Of a stretch of 64,000 nt of DNA, positions 17,886 through 28,420 are shown one piece after another; within the stretch, counting starts at the first letter, position 1, and each line of letters opens with the position of its first letter. This DNA is from Candidatus Oxydemutator sp. (GTDB lineage Bacteria; Pseudomonadota; Gammaproteobacteria; Poriferisulfidales; Oxydemutatoraceae), in contig OZ241883.1 in assembly GCA_965203445.1 (NCBI GenBank), positions 2,112,001 to 2,176,000 of the forward strand, given 5' to 3'. Under the pieces are notes generated by a model. The model was not told the DNA's origin. It saw nothing but the letters and a program-made list of their open reading frames with translations, and did not search any database. Made by a program: the position numbers and the translations under genes.

Positions 17886-18671
17886 TCAGTCATGGAATTG
17901 ACCGAGTCTGGGCAGCACATAGGCGTGGTATGCAAACCAGTCGCGGAAATGCCAGAATTGCCTCTCCCAAAAGACGCGCGTGCCGGAGCGGCGACCAAAC
18001 CCCTGGTGACCCTCCCCATGCACCATGCTCGTCGTTTCACCGGAGTGTCCCGCCAGCGATTCCGAGACAACGTAACTGGCAAGATCCAAACGCCAGAAAT
18101 AAGCCCACGAAACGTCCAACGGCGCACGCACCGGCTGAGCGTGGTCGAGAAACTTCCTCATACCGGTACGGTTCATCATATAAGCCACGGTCCCGTACAA
18201 CATGCCGCGCAGGCGAATAATCCGCCGCCCGTCGCGCAGACGGTGCGCGACGCGCCCCACCGGACCGCGCGGAATACAGCCCGGAACAACGCGCCGGTGC
18301 GGCGGACAATACAAACGCACCAGTTCGAACGAGGCCGGCAACGCGGCCAGCTCATCCAACGCCGCCCGCAAACCGGGCAACGGGTGGGAGTCGTCCTCGA
18401 ACACCAGCACGCGCTCCAGCCCCTCCTCGTAGGCGCGACGCAACAGGCGGTAATGCGACAAGTAGCAGCCTAGTTGCGTCGCCCACACGAACACGTGCGG
18501 GCACGCCCTCCCGTTTCGGCAGGCAACCGACTCACCGGCCTCAAACACGATTTTCTCGGTGCCGTCCACCGCCTCGAACACTTCCAGGCGCACGCCGGCG
18601 GCGGCGTACGCGGCGATGGTTTTGTGGCGGCGCTCGGGATAGCGCGCCAGACTGATGATAAATGCCCGCAA
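17886..18671 (-). CDS. Glycosyltransferase family 25 (LPS/LOS biosynthesis), copy 1
   Basis: ISL..ERR, F.AVDG, GCYLSH, LVFEDD, T.AY, P.D motifs. Confidence 0.88.
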   Translation of the reverse strand: MRAFIISLARYPERRHKTIAAYAAAGVRLEVFEAVDGTEKIVFEAGESVACRNGRACPHVFVWATQLGCYLSHYRLLRRAYEEGLERVLVFEDDSHPLPGLRAALDELAALPASFELVRLYCPPHRRVVPGCIPRGPVGRVAHRLRDGRRIIRLRGMLYGTVAYMMNRTGMRKFLDHAQPVRAPLDVSWAYFWRLDLASYVVSESLAGHSGETTSMVHGEGHQGFGRRSGTRVFWERQFWHFRDWFAYHAYVLPRLGQFHD

Positions 18672-18786
18672 GAACGTTCCCCGCTACGGTATCCGGCGTG
18701 ATTATATACGCAACCATGGCAACCGCCGGTCATCGCGCGCGGCCGGCCGTATTTCCGACAATGAATCACCGGACGCAGGCGGGCGC

Positions 18787-19635
18787 TCAATCATAAAACT
18801 CGCCGCGCCGCCTGAAAATATACACGTGATACGCGAACCAGTCGCGCAGGTGCCACCAAGTGGCGCGCCAAAGCGCCGCCACCTGCCTGGCCTTGCGATG
18901 GAGAAACGGCGCCTTGGCACGGCCGCGTCTCGAATACACCATGGTCGTCGTTTCACCCGAGGGTACCGCCAGCGATTCCGAGACGACGTAACTGGCAAGA
19001 TCCAAACGCCAGAAATAAGCCCACAAAACGTCCAACGGCGCGCAGATCGGCTGGGCGCGGTCGAGAAACTTCCTCATACCGGTGCGGCTCATCGTATAAG
19101 CCACGGTCTCGTACAACCTGCCGCGCAAGCGAATAATCCGTCGCCCGTCGCGCAAATGGTGCGCGACGCGCCCTACCGGACCGAGCGGAATACAACCCGG
19201 AACGGCGCGCCGCTGCGGCGGACAATACAGACGCACCAGTTCAAACGAGGCCGGCAACGCCGCCAGTTCATCCAACGCCGCCTGCAAACCGGGCAACGGA
19301 CGGGCGTCGTCCTCGAACACCAGCACGCGCTCCAGACCCTCCTCGTAGGCGCGGCGCAACAGGCGGTAATGCGACAGGTAGCAGCCAGCCTGCGCCGGCC
19401 CGACAAAAACGCACGGGCGGCTTCCGCTATGCACAAAATCAACCGACTCGCCGTCCTCAAACGCGATCTTCCCGGTGCCGTCCACCGCCTCGACCACCTC
19501 GAGACGTATGCCGACGGCGGCGAACGCGGCGACGGTTTTGCGACGGCGCTCGGGACAACGCGCCAGACTGACGACAAATGCCCGCAGGTCTTCTCTCCTC
19601 TCCTCGACGTCGGTTCGCTCGGGGCCGCTAATCAC
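18787..19635 (-). CDS. Glycosyltransferase family 25, copy 2 (tandem paralogue; start uncertain)
   Basis: Same motifs, long stretches identical to copy 1. Confidence 0.88.
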   Translation of the reverse strand: MISGPERTDVEERREDLRAFVVSLARCPERRRKTVAAFAAVGIRLEVVEAVDGTGKIAFEDGESVDFVHSGSRPCVFVGPAQAGCYLSHYRLLRRAYEEGLERVLVFEDDARPLPGLQAALDELAALPASFELVRLYCPPQRRAVPGCIPLGPVGRVAHHLRDGRRIIRLRGRLYETVAYTMSRTGMRKFLDRAQPICAPLDVLWAYFWRLDLASYVVSESLAVPSGETTTMVYSRRGRAKAPFLHRKARQVAALWRATWWHLRDWFAYHVYIFRRRGEFYD

Positions 19636-20936
19636 AAGCCGTCACTCCCCATACCAGGCGCAGCCTGCCGGCGGCGTGCACCAGCGGCACGTGGCCGCGC
19701 TGCCACGGCGGCACGCCGTGCGCCTGGAAAATTTTCCCCAGATCCTGGTGGAAGCAGCGCCCGCGGCCGCGACGCCGGCAGCGTTCGCCGCCGCGGCGGA
19801 AACACACGCGCAAATCGCCGGCGTCGGCAAGCGCCGGCGCCTGGCGCAGCAGCTCGCGCCAGCGCAACGTGCGCTGCAACTTCGGCAATTCCAGATCGCT
19901 GCCCGGGGGCCACGCCGTCTCCGCCGGCAACGCGTCCGATGCGACCGCGCGCGCACGCGCGTAGAGCTTGCCTCGATAACAGCCGATCTCCAAACCGGGC
20001 CACAAGATGACGCTGCCGCTGCGCGCTTGCGAGGCGATCAACGCGGCGCGCAAATACTCCAGGCGGCGCTCGCTGGGAGGGCGCAGGCCGTGCGTTTGCA
20101 ACCAGCGCCGCAGCACCAGTCTCTGCCGCGCCTCGGACAGCGCGGCGCACGCCCCCGTGAGCAACGCGCTCTCGCCCGGCAACGTGCAACGTGCAAGCAG
20201 GCGTTCGGCCTCGGCGTCCGACAACGCGCGCGCCTCGGCTTGATGGCGCGCGCCGCGCGCGACCGTCGTCTCCCACTTCGGCCAGCGCGCCCGCAGCAAC
20301 GGCGCGACGCGGCGGCGAAGGTAATTGCGATCGTAGCGAACGTCGTCGTTGCTCGGGTCCTCGATCCAACGCAAGGCGTGACGCAGCGCGTAGCCGCGGA
20401 TCTCGGCGCGCGTGCACGACAGCATCGGGCGCGCCAGCCAGCCGCCGCCGAAAGGCGCACATTCCGGCATCGCCGCCAAGCCCGCGGGCCCGGCACCGCG
20501 CAGCATCTGAAGCAATACGGTCTCGGCCTGGTCGTCGCGGTGGTGCGCGGTCAAAAGCAGCGTGCCGGAATCAACGTGGCGCCGCAACGCGGCGTAGCGC
20601 GCGCGCCGCGCCGCGTCCTCGGGGCTTGCGCCGCGCGTCGGCGCGGCCGCGCGCACCGCGATCGCGCCGACGCCCATGCTACGCGCCCGTTCGAGACAAT
20701 GCCGCTGCCACGCGTCGGCCTCGTCGCAAAGCCCGTGGTGAACGTGCACCGCGAGCAGTCGCGGCGCCGCGCGCGCGCCGGCGGGCGGATAGAGACGCCA
20801 CAGCAAATGCAGCAACACGCTCGAATCGCAGCCGCCGCTGTACGCGAGCACGACGCGCGCCGGATGCAGGCGCGCGTGCAGACCGGAAACGTTTGCGCAG
20901 ACGCGGCGTCGTAAGTCGCACGCGGACGAATCGGCG

Positions 20937-20959
<23 letters not shown>
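19628..20959 (-). CDS. tilS: tRNA(Ile)-lysidine synthetase
   Basis: [10 protein letters not shown]-loop, [26 protein letters not shown]; follows accA. Confidence 0.93.
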
Positions 20960-21896
<937 letters not shown>

Positions 21897-21923
21897 CAAA
21901 GATAGGGAATTATATACCTAAAT

Positions 21924-23204
21924 CTACAGAGTAACCTGTAGATTAGAAGTATCCATTTGACGTTTCACAGGCAGTGCCGTGTCGGATGTATCTTTCGATA
22001 AATCCTTCATGGTCTTACCATTGCCTCCGCGTCCAGTAGCCCCATTCCCGGAGGCCTTCAAACTCAGTACAGATTCTCCCAGCTTCTTGATATTCAAGGC
22101 AGCGTTCCAATCCGCATTATCCCGATGACCGCAATCCGTACATACAAATACCGATTGCGATACTCTGTTCCTCTTGTCTATGCAACCGCACACATTGCAA
22201 GCTTGGCTAGTGTGCTTCGCACATACATAATTTACTTGGGTCTTGTATCCTATACATTGCTCTAACTTATGCCATCTTGTATTCAGTATCCCTCTATTCA
22301 ATCCTGACTTGGCCTTTACACTCTTGCCGGGGGCGGCAGCCGTGCCTTTGGCACTCCTGGTCATACCCTTGGTGTTTAAATCTTCCATATATATTACAGA
22401 ATAATTCCTTGCGATTTCTGCACTTACATGATGGCACCAATTAGTATGCCTCTGTTTTATCTTCCTGCATACCCTCGCATGGGAATGCCGGGCAAGCTCA
22501 TAACGCTTAGAGGGTCTCTTCCTGTATTTCCTACTTCCGCAATCCCTTCTTGCCATTGTCTTTTGATAGTGGCGCTTTTGCGCCTCTAATCGAGTAGTAT
22601 CGGGAACCCGATACACAATACCGTCGGAACATGTTATCTGACCTACATTCCTGTCTATACCTACCGCATTGTATTCACGTTCCACTTCCTTTTGTTCCAC
22701 TGCATAAACCACATATGCATACCAGTTCCCGCATTCCCTTTTGACCGTGCCCGATACGGGCTTTGCATCCGGATACGGATTATGACCTAGCACTAGAAAC
22801 TCACCCGTCTTCTCTATATACAGATGACGACCCCTTATCCGAAACAAACCCGATACCAGGGGAAAACTCTCAGGATGTACATACCTCGCATGAAACCTAG
22901 GCAGCCCGCCCTCTTTCTTGTAAAACTTCTTGTACGCCGTCTCTATAGGCTTCAAAGATAATTTTACTATATTAGCTGAGTATTCCTGCAACCAGGGTTC
23001 GCAGTGGCGACGTAGCAAAGTGAATTGCTTGCCAAGTGTGTAGTACCACGGCTTGCACCTTCCATACGCCTTATATTCATCCCTCAACTTACCCACAAAA
23101 TGGTTCCACACAAACCGACAAGCACCTGCCAATCCCGCTAACTTGCGGGCTTTGGCTTGCGTGCCGGGATGCACTCTATAACGGATTGTTCGATGTACCT
23201 TCAT
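21924..23204 (-). CDS. tnpB: RNA-guided endonuclease TnpB (IS605 OrfB family)
   Basis: HTH_OrfB N-terminus (YRVHP..GACRFVWN), RuvC-I GIDRN, RuvC-II MEDL, Zn ribbon CNVC/CTDC, RuvC-III NADWNAALNI; stop codon lies inside the TIR. Confidence 0.95.
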   Translation of the reverse strand: MKVHRTIRYRVHPGTQAKARKLAGLAGACRFVWNHFVGKLRDEYKAYGRCKPWYYTLGKQFTLLRRHCEPWLQEYSANIVKLSLKPIETAYKKFYKKEGGLPRFHARYVHPESFPLVSGLFRIRGRHLYIEKTGEFLVLGHNPYPDAKPVSGTVKRECGNWYAYVVYAVEQKEVEREYNAVGIDRNVGQITCSDGIVYRVPDTTRLEAQKRHYQKTMARRDCGSRKYRKRPSKRYELARHSHARVCRKIKQRHTNWCHHVSAEIARNYSVIYMEDLNTKGMTRSAKGTAAAPGKSVKAKSGLNRGILNTRWHKLEQCIGYKTQVNYVCAKHTSQACNVCGCIDKRNRVSQSVFVCTDCGHRDNADWNAALNIKKLGESVLSLKASGNGATGRGGNGKTMKDLSKDTSDTALPVKRQMDTSNLQVTL

Positions 23205-23212
23205 CACCAACC

Positions 23213-23240
23213 ATCATATCATATTCTTGTTCAAAATCAA
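23213..23240 (-). promoter_or_regulatory. Putative sigma70 promoter of tnpB inside the element
   Basis: TTGATT, 16-nt spacer, TATGAT with extended TG; 8 nt before ATG 23204. Confidence 0.55.
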
Positions 23241-23317
23241 GTACTTCATCACTATTCTGTAGATTTAGGTATATAATTCCCCAAAGATACTCGTCGGACG
23301 GAAACGCCAGCCGAATG

Positions 23318-23326
23318 ATTTTAGCA
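23318..23326 (-). promoter_or_regulatory. Extended -10 (TGcTAAAAT), probable original accA promoter
   Basis: Lies 28 nt outside the right target duplication and faces the element and accA. Confidence 0.45.
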
Positions 23327-23408
23327 CGAGGCGCCGTGTCTTCCCGGACGAGTGACGCCGAACGCGCCGGGCGCGGTAAGCGTCAATGCGTATATAATCG
23401 CCTTTTCC

Positions 23409-24566
23409 ATGCCGCCACGCCTGCCGACGCCCGACCATGCCCTCGACCACGCGATGACCGGCCGGCCACCCGCGTCCGCGGCCCGTCGTCTCGACGAACG
23501 CTACCGCCGTCATCTGGCGAAACACCGCCATCAATCCGACCCGGAGCAGCTCAAAGTTGTGAACCATCTGCAGCGACTGCTGGACGAGCTTGCCGCCACC
23601 GACGGCGGCGTCTGGCGACGATGGCGCGCGCGCGTCGCCGGACGCCGCGCGACCCCGCCCAGGGGGCTCTATCTGTGGGGCGGCGTCGGCGGCGGCAAGA
23701 CTTTCCTGATGGATCTGTTTTTCGACGCATTGCCCGAGGCGCGCAAGCAGCGCACCCACTTCTACCGCTTCATGCGCCAGGTACACGCGCTGCTGCGGGG
23801 CGAACACGGACGCGATCCGCTGGAGGCCGTGGCGGCGCGCCTCGCGCGGCGCGCGCGGGTGTTGTGCATAGACGAGTTCTTCGTGTCCGACATCACCGAC
23901 GCGATGATCCTGCACCATCTGCTGCGCGCGTTGTTTGCCAGGGGCATGGTGCTGGTGACGACGTCGAACCTCGCGCCACGCGAACTCTACAGGGACGGGC
24001 TACAGCGCGAGCGCTTTGTGCCCGCCATCGAGGCGCTCGAAAGACACACCCGCGTCGTGCGCCTCGAGGCACGCGCCGACTACCGCCTGCGCACGCTTAA
24101 GGCCGGCCAGGTTTATCACCACCCGTGCGGCGACGCCGCCGAAAGCGCGCTTGGGCGCGCCTACGCGGCGATCGCCGCCGACGGCCACGACGGCCGCGGT
24201 CGTATCGAGATCAACGGCCGCGACCTGGCCGTCGTCCGCCGCTCGCACGGCGTCGTCTGGTTTGCGTTCGGCGCCGTCTGCGAAGGCCCGCGCGCACCCG
24301 CCGACTACATCGCAATCGCACACCTGTACCACAGCGTGCTGATTTCCGGCGTGCCGTCGTTCGTCCGGCGCGACGACGCGGCGCGGCGCTTCATCCAGCT
24401 GGTGGACGAACTGTATGACCGCAACGTCAAACTGATCGTATCGGCGGCGGCGGCGCCCGACGAGCTGTATCGCGCCGGGCGTCTCGCCCGCGAGTTCGAG
24501 CGCACCGCGAGCCGCCTGATCGAAATGCAGAGCCGGCGCTATCTGGCGCGGGCGCACCGCGGCTGA
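23409..24566 (+). CDS. zapE: AFG1/ZapE family ATPase
   Basis: GLYLWGGVGGGKTFLMDLF, HFYRFM, DEFFVSDITDAMIL, TSN, DYR, RTASRLIEMQ. Confidence 0.93.
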   Translation: MPPRLPTPDHALDHAMTGRPPASAARRLDERYRRHLAKHRHQSDPEQLKVVNHLQRLLDELAATDGGVWRRWRARVAGRRATPPRGLYLWGGVGGGKTFLMDLFFDALPEARKQRTHFYRFMRQVHALLRGEHGRDPLEAVAARLARRARVLCIDEFFVSDITDAMILHHLLRALFARGMVLVTTSNLAPRELYRDGLQRERFVPAIEALERHTRVVRLEARADYRLRTLKAGQVYHHPCGDAAESALGRAYAAIAADGHDGRGRIEINGRDLAVVRRSHGVVWFAFGAVCEGPRAPADYIAIAHLYHSVLISGVPSFVRRDDAARRFIQLVDELYDRNVKLIVSAAAAPDELYRAGRLAREFERTASRLIEMQSRRYLARAHRG

Positions 24567-24574
24567 GCGCGGCC

Positions 24575-25459
24575 ATGGACGCGCTATTTGAATCCGCCGT
24601 CGAGTCGCTGCCGTTGCACCGCAGGGGCAAGGTGCGCGACGTCTATGCACTGGACGAACGCCACGTGCTGATCATAGCCACCGACCGCCTGTCGGCGTTC
24701 GACGTCGTGCTTCCGGACGCGATTCCGGGCAAGGGGCGCGTGCTCACCGCGCTCAGCAACTTCTGGTTCGAGCGCACGCGGGGCCTGGTCGCGAACCACG
24801 CCACCGACCTCGATCCGCGCCAAGCCGCGCCCGAGCTGCGCGCGAACGAGGGACTGTGCTCGCGCAGCACGATTGCGCGCAAGGCGCATCCGCTGCCCAT
24901 CGAGGCCGTCGTACGCGGCTATCTGCTGGGTTCCGGTTGGCGCGATTATCGCAAGACCGGGCGCGTCGGCGGCGTCGTGCTGCCCGCCGGCCTGCCGCCG
25001 GCGGCGCGCCTGCCGCAACCGCTGTTCACACCGTCGACCAAGGCGCCCGCGGGCAGCCACGACGTCAATATCTCGTTCGGCGAGGCCGCGGCCATGGTCG
25101 GGCGCGACGTCGCCCGGCGCGTGCGCGACGCGGCGCTCGCGGTGTACCGCGACTGCGCCGCCTACGCGCTCACGCGCGGCATCATCATCGCCGATACCAA
25201 ACTCGAGTTCGGCTTCGACGACGACGGGCGCCTGTTGATGATAGACGAGGCGCTGACGCCGGACTCGTCGCGCTTCTGGGAAAAAAGCCGCTATCGCGCG
25301 GGAGAAAACCCGCCCAACTTCGACAAGCAATTCGTGCGCGATTACCTGGAACGCACGGGCTGGGACAAAACCGCGCCGGCGCCGCGCCTGCCCGCCGAGA
25401 TCATCCGCAAAACCGCGCACAGGTATCAGTGCGCGCGCGACTTGCTCATCGGGACGTGA
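24575..25459 (+). CDS. purC: SAICAR synthase
   Basis: GKVRDVY, DRLSAFD, ADTKLEFG, DEALTPDSSRFW, DKQFVRD. Confidence 0.96.
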   Translation: MDALFESAVESLPLHRRGKVRDVYALDERHVLIIATDRLSAFDVVLPDAIPGKGRVLTALSNFWFERTRGLVANHATDLDPRQAAPELRANEGLCSRSTIARKAHPLPIEAVVRGYLLGSGWRDYRKTGRVGGVVLPAGLPPAARLPQPLFTPSTKAPAGSHDVNISFGEAAAMVGRDVARRVRDAALAVYRDCAAYALTRGIIIADTKLEFGFDDDGRLLMIDEALTPDSSRFWEKSRYRAGENPPNFDKQFVRDYLERTGWDKTAPAPRLPAEIIRKTAHRYQCARDLLIGT

Positions 25460-26166
25460 CGGCGCGAGGCGGCCCGGGCGTCTTCGTCACCGGCACCGAC
25501 ACCGGCGTCGGCAAGACCGCGGTAGCCTGCGCCCTGATACGCGCGCTCGAGGCCGGTGGCGTGCGCGTCGCGCCGCGCAAGCCGGTCGAGAGCGGCTGCC
25601 CGACGCGCGCCGGCGCACCGGCGCCGATGGACGCCGCGCGGCTGGCGCGCGCGTGCGCACACGCGCCGCCCATGGAAATCGTCTGCCGCCACCGCTTCGG
25701 CGACGCCGTGTCGCCGGCGCGCGCGGCGCGGCTGGCGGGCGCCGGGTTGCGCATCGGCGACCTGGTCGCGGCCTGCGCGTGCGACGACGGCGACGTCGCC
25801 GTCGTCGAGGGTGCCGGCGGTCTGCTGTCGCCGATTGCGAGCGACGGCGCCAACGCCGATCTGGCGGTCGCGCTCGGCTTTCCGGTGGTCGTCGTCATCG
25901 CCGACAGATTGGGCTGCATCAACCACGCGCTGCTGACACTGGAGGCGCTGGCGGCGAGGAAACTCGCGGTCGCGGCGCTGGTGCTCAACCGCGACACCGC
26001 GGCGGTGCGCGACGACGCCCTAGACAACGAGAGCGAACTCGCGGCGCTGACGCGCGCGCCGATCGTCGAGATCGCGGGCGACTGGAACCGCGGCACGGAT
26101 GCCGCGCGTGACGACGCCGGCGTCATCCGCTTGGCGGAACGGGTCAGACGAACGCTTCGGGTGTGA
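25456..26166 (+). CDS. bioD: Dethiobiotin synthase
   Basis: FVTGTDTGVGKT, KPVESG, VEGAGG, LGCINHALLT. Confidence 0.93.
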   Translation: MTARGGPGVFVTGTDTGVGKTAVACALIRALEAGGVRVAPRKPVESGCPTRAGAPAPMDAARLARACAHAPPMEIVCRHRFGDAVSPARAARLAGAGLRIGDLVAACACDDGDVAVVEGAGGLLSPIASDGANADLAVALGFPVVVVIADRLGCINHALLTLEALAARKLAVAALVLNRDTAAVRDDALDNESELAALTRAPIVEIAGDWNRGTDAARDDAGVIRLAERVRRTLRV

Positions 26167-26175
26167 CGCGGGCCG

Positions 26176-26928
26176 TCAGCCTTGGTCGTGCGATTCGCAC
26201 AGGCGCGCGGCGCCCTCCGGCATGTTGTCGGGGCACTGGCCGCAGCGCTCGTTGCCCGGCACCGAAAATTCCATCTTCTTCGGGTACGGAAAATCGAACC
26301 CGTCCATCATGCGTATGAACTGCTCGCGGGTGACGCCGGTGCGCAAACGCGGATTGCGCCGTTTTTCCTGGCCGACCGTGGTCAGCGCGCGCCCATCGTA
26401 GTCGTGCGCCGGATACACCAGCGTGTCATCCGGCAGCGTGTAGAACTTGGCATGGACGGTGTCGTAGAGCACGCCCGAATCCCCCTGTTGGAAATCGGTG
26501 CGTCCGCAGGCCTCGATCAACAGCGCGTCGCCGGAAAACAGCATCTTCTGGGTACCGTTGTCGATCAGGTAGGCGTGGTGGGCGTCGGTGTGTCCCGGCG
26601 TGTGCAGCGGATGCAACTCGATGCCGCCGACGCGAAAAACCTCGCCTTCGGCGAGCCCGAGGTCGCGGCACGGCAGTTCGTCCATCGCCGGGCCGGCGAT
26701 TTTGCAGTCGGTCAGCGAGCGCAGTTTGAAGCCGCCGCTCACGTGGTCGGCGTGTATATGCGTCTCTATCGTATGCGTAAGCCTGAGGCCCAGCTCCTGC
26801 AACACGTCGAGGTCGCGGTCGAAAGTCTCGATGACCGGGTCGATCAGCGCCGTTTGCCCGGTGTCGGGGCAACCCAACAGGTACGTGTAGGTGCTGGACG
26901 AAGGTTCGAATAGTTGTCTGAATATCAC
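26176..26928 (-). CDS. MBL-fold persulfide dioxygenase (ETHE1-like)
   Basis: FRQLFE..SSTYTYL, THIHADH, TPGHT, CGRTDFQ, PAHDY, EKRRNPRL. Confidence 0.88.
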   Translation of the reverse strand: MIFRQLFEPSSSTYTYLLGCPDTGQTALIDPVIETFDRDLDVLQELGLRLTHTIETHIHADHVSGGFKLRSLTDCKIAGPAMDELPCRDLGLAEGEVFRVGGIELHPLHTPGHTDAHHAYLIDNGTQKMLFSGDALLIEACGRTDFQQGDSGVLYDTVHAKFYTLPDDTLVYPAHDYDGRALTTVGQEKRRNPRLRTGVTREQFIRMMDGFDFPYPKKMEFSVPGNERCGQCPDNMPEGAARLCESHDQG

Positions 26929-26983
26929 GTCGGTTCACGCGCGCCGACCCTCGGCGCGGTCAGGCGGTATAATTATAGCAAGC

Positions 26984-27220
26984 ATGGAGACGACGCAAAT
27001 CAAGGAGCTCATCGAGAGCGGGCTGCCCGGCGCGCGCGTGGCGGTCAGCGGCGGCGACGGCAAGTACGAGACCACCGTCGTCAGCGAGCGCTTCAGCGAC
27101 ATGCCGGCGGTCAAGCGACACCAGGCCGTCTATGCGACGGTCGCCGAGCACATCGCAAGCGGCGCGCTGCATGCGCTGACGATACGCACTTATACGCCGG
27201 ACGAGGCGCCTTCGGAATAA
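26984..27220 (+). CDS. BolA/IbaG family protein
   Basis: VVSERF...VKRHQ.VY, LHALTIRT.TP. Confidence 0.9.
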   Translation: METTQIKELIESGLPGARVAVSGGDGKYETTVVSERFSDMPAVKRHQAVYATVAEHIASGALHALTIRTYTPDEAPSE

Positions 27221-27302
27221 GGCGCGGGCGGCACGATGGCCCCGCATGACCCGGCTGCTCCGACCATCCCGGCCCAGGGAGCGGTCGGCCCGCGCGGGCC
27301 GG

Positions 27303-27929
27303 CTAGGGGTTCGCCAGGGGTCGCGTCGCGCGACCGATCTCGATGGTGCCCAAACCCTGCTGTTTCGAGAAATAAACCGCGAACGCTTCGATGTCGCGCT
27401 CGTCTAGCAAGCCGACCATACCGAGCATGAGCGCGTTGTTGCGCCGCCCTTCGCGGTAGTCCAACAACGCCTGGCGAAGATAATCGCGGTACTGGCCGGC
27501 GAGTCGCGGGTTCTGCGGCAACGGGCTGTTGCCGTCCACGCCGTGACAGCCGACGCACACCTGCATCTTCTGTTCCTGCTCTTGCGACAGCGAGGCCGGG
27601 GCCGGGGCCGGTGGCGGCGCCGGTAGCGCGGCAAAAAATGCGGCGATATCGGCGCTGTCCGACGCATCCAACGTATGCACCTGCGCGCGCATCGTCGGAT
27701 GCGCGCGCTCGCCCGAGCGGTAGGCTTCCAACGCGACGACGATGTATTCGGCGTACTGGCCGGCGAGTTTCGGCACGCGGTAGCTGGGATATACGTTGGT
27801 GTAGCCGGCAATGCCGTGACAGCCCAGACAGGCGCTCGCCTTGTGCCTGCCAGCGTCGGCGTCGGCCGCGGCCGCGGTCGCGCCGGCCGCGGCCCAGACC
27901 AGCACAACGACGAACAAGCGCAGCGTCAT
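27303..27929 (-). CDS. Di-heme cytochrome c4-like protein
   Basis: Signal peptide, CLGCH and CVGCH, P.LAGQ motifs, Met ligands. Confidence 0.9.
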   Translation of the reverse strand: MTLRLFVVVLVWAAAGATAAAADADAGRHKASACLGCHGIAGYTNVYPSYRVPKLAGQYAEYIVVALEAYRSGERAHPTMRAQVHTLDASDSADIAAFFAALPAPPPAPAPASLSQEQEQKMQVCVGCHGVDGNSPLPQNPRLAGQYRDYLRQALLDYREGRRNNALMLGMVGLLDERDIEAFAVYFSKQQGLGTIEIGRATRPLANP

Positions 27930-27942
27930 CGGCCGTTCGCGG

Positions 27943-28215
27943 TCATTGCATGGGACGATGCGGCGCTCGCTCACTCCTGGGTCTGGCCTGATTGACCTTT
28001 ATTTTGCGGCCGCGCAAATCGCTGTCGTTCAAGGCTTTGATCGCGGCGTCCGCCTCGGCATTGTCGGGCATCTCGACAAAACCGAAGCCCTTGGATCGCC
28101 CCGTTTGTCTGTCGGTGATCACGACCACCTCCGTGACCTCGCCGAACCCGGAAAAGGTCTCCCTCAGGTCGTCCTCGGTAATGCTGTACGGAAAGTTTCC
28201 GACGTAAAGTTTCAT
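27943..28215 (-). CDS. RRM-domain RNA-binding protein
   Basis: RNP2 LYVGNF and RNP1 KGFGFVEM. Confidence 0.92.
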   Translation of the reverse strand: MKLYVGNFPYSITEDDLRETFSGFGEVTEVVVITDRQTGRSKGFGFVEMPDNAEADAAIKALNDSDLRGRKIKVNQARPRSERAPHRPMQ

Positions 28216-28420
28216 GCTCCTCAACCTTCATGTGCCAGTTATAAACCCAACGACAAGCCAGGCACACAAACGGCTCGATAGGGATCTTCGCCGCCGACCA
28301 GAACGGTGGCGACGCATGAACGATTATTGTACAAAAAACCGCGCTTCGATGTCCAGCGCGCCGTCAACGCTTGCGTAAGTGCCCCGCTTCGCGCAGAATA
28401 CGGCCTTGTCGCAGGCGAAA

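Larger units (their letters stand above)
21905..23281. mobile_element. Non-autonomous TIR element (IS1595/ISNwi1-like ends) carrying only tnpB
   Basis: Perfect 26-bp inverted repeats at 21905-21930 and 23256-23281 (GGGAATTATATACCTAAATCTACAGA); 8-bp direct repeat CAAAGATA at 21897-21904 and 23282-23289; abrupt drop in GC. Confidence 0.92.

Noticed and set aside
21924-23204. Cas12f / type V CRISPR effector
   Set aside because: No CRISPR array or cas1/cas2 nearby; size and motifs fit TnpB
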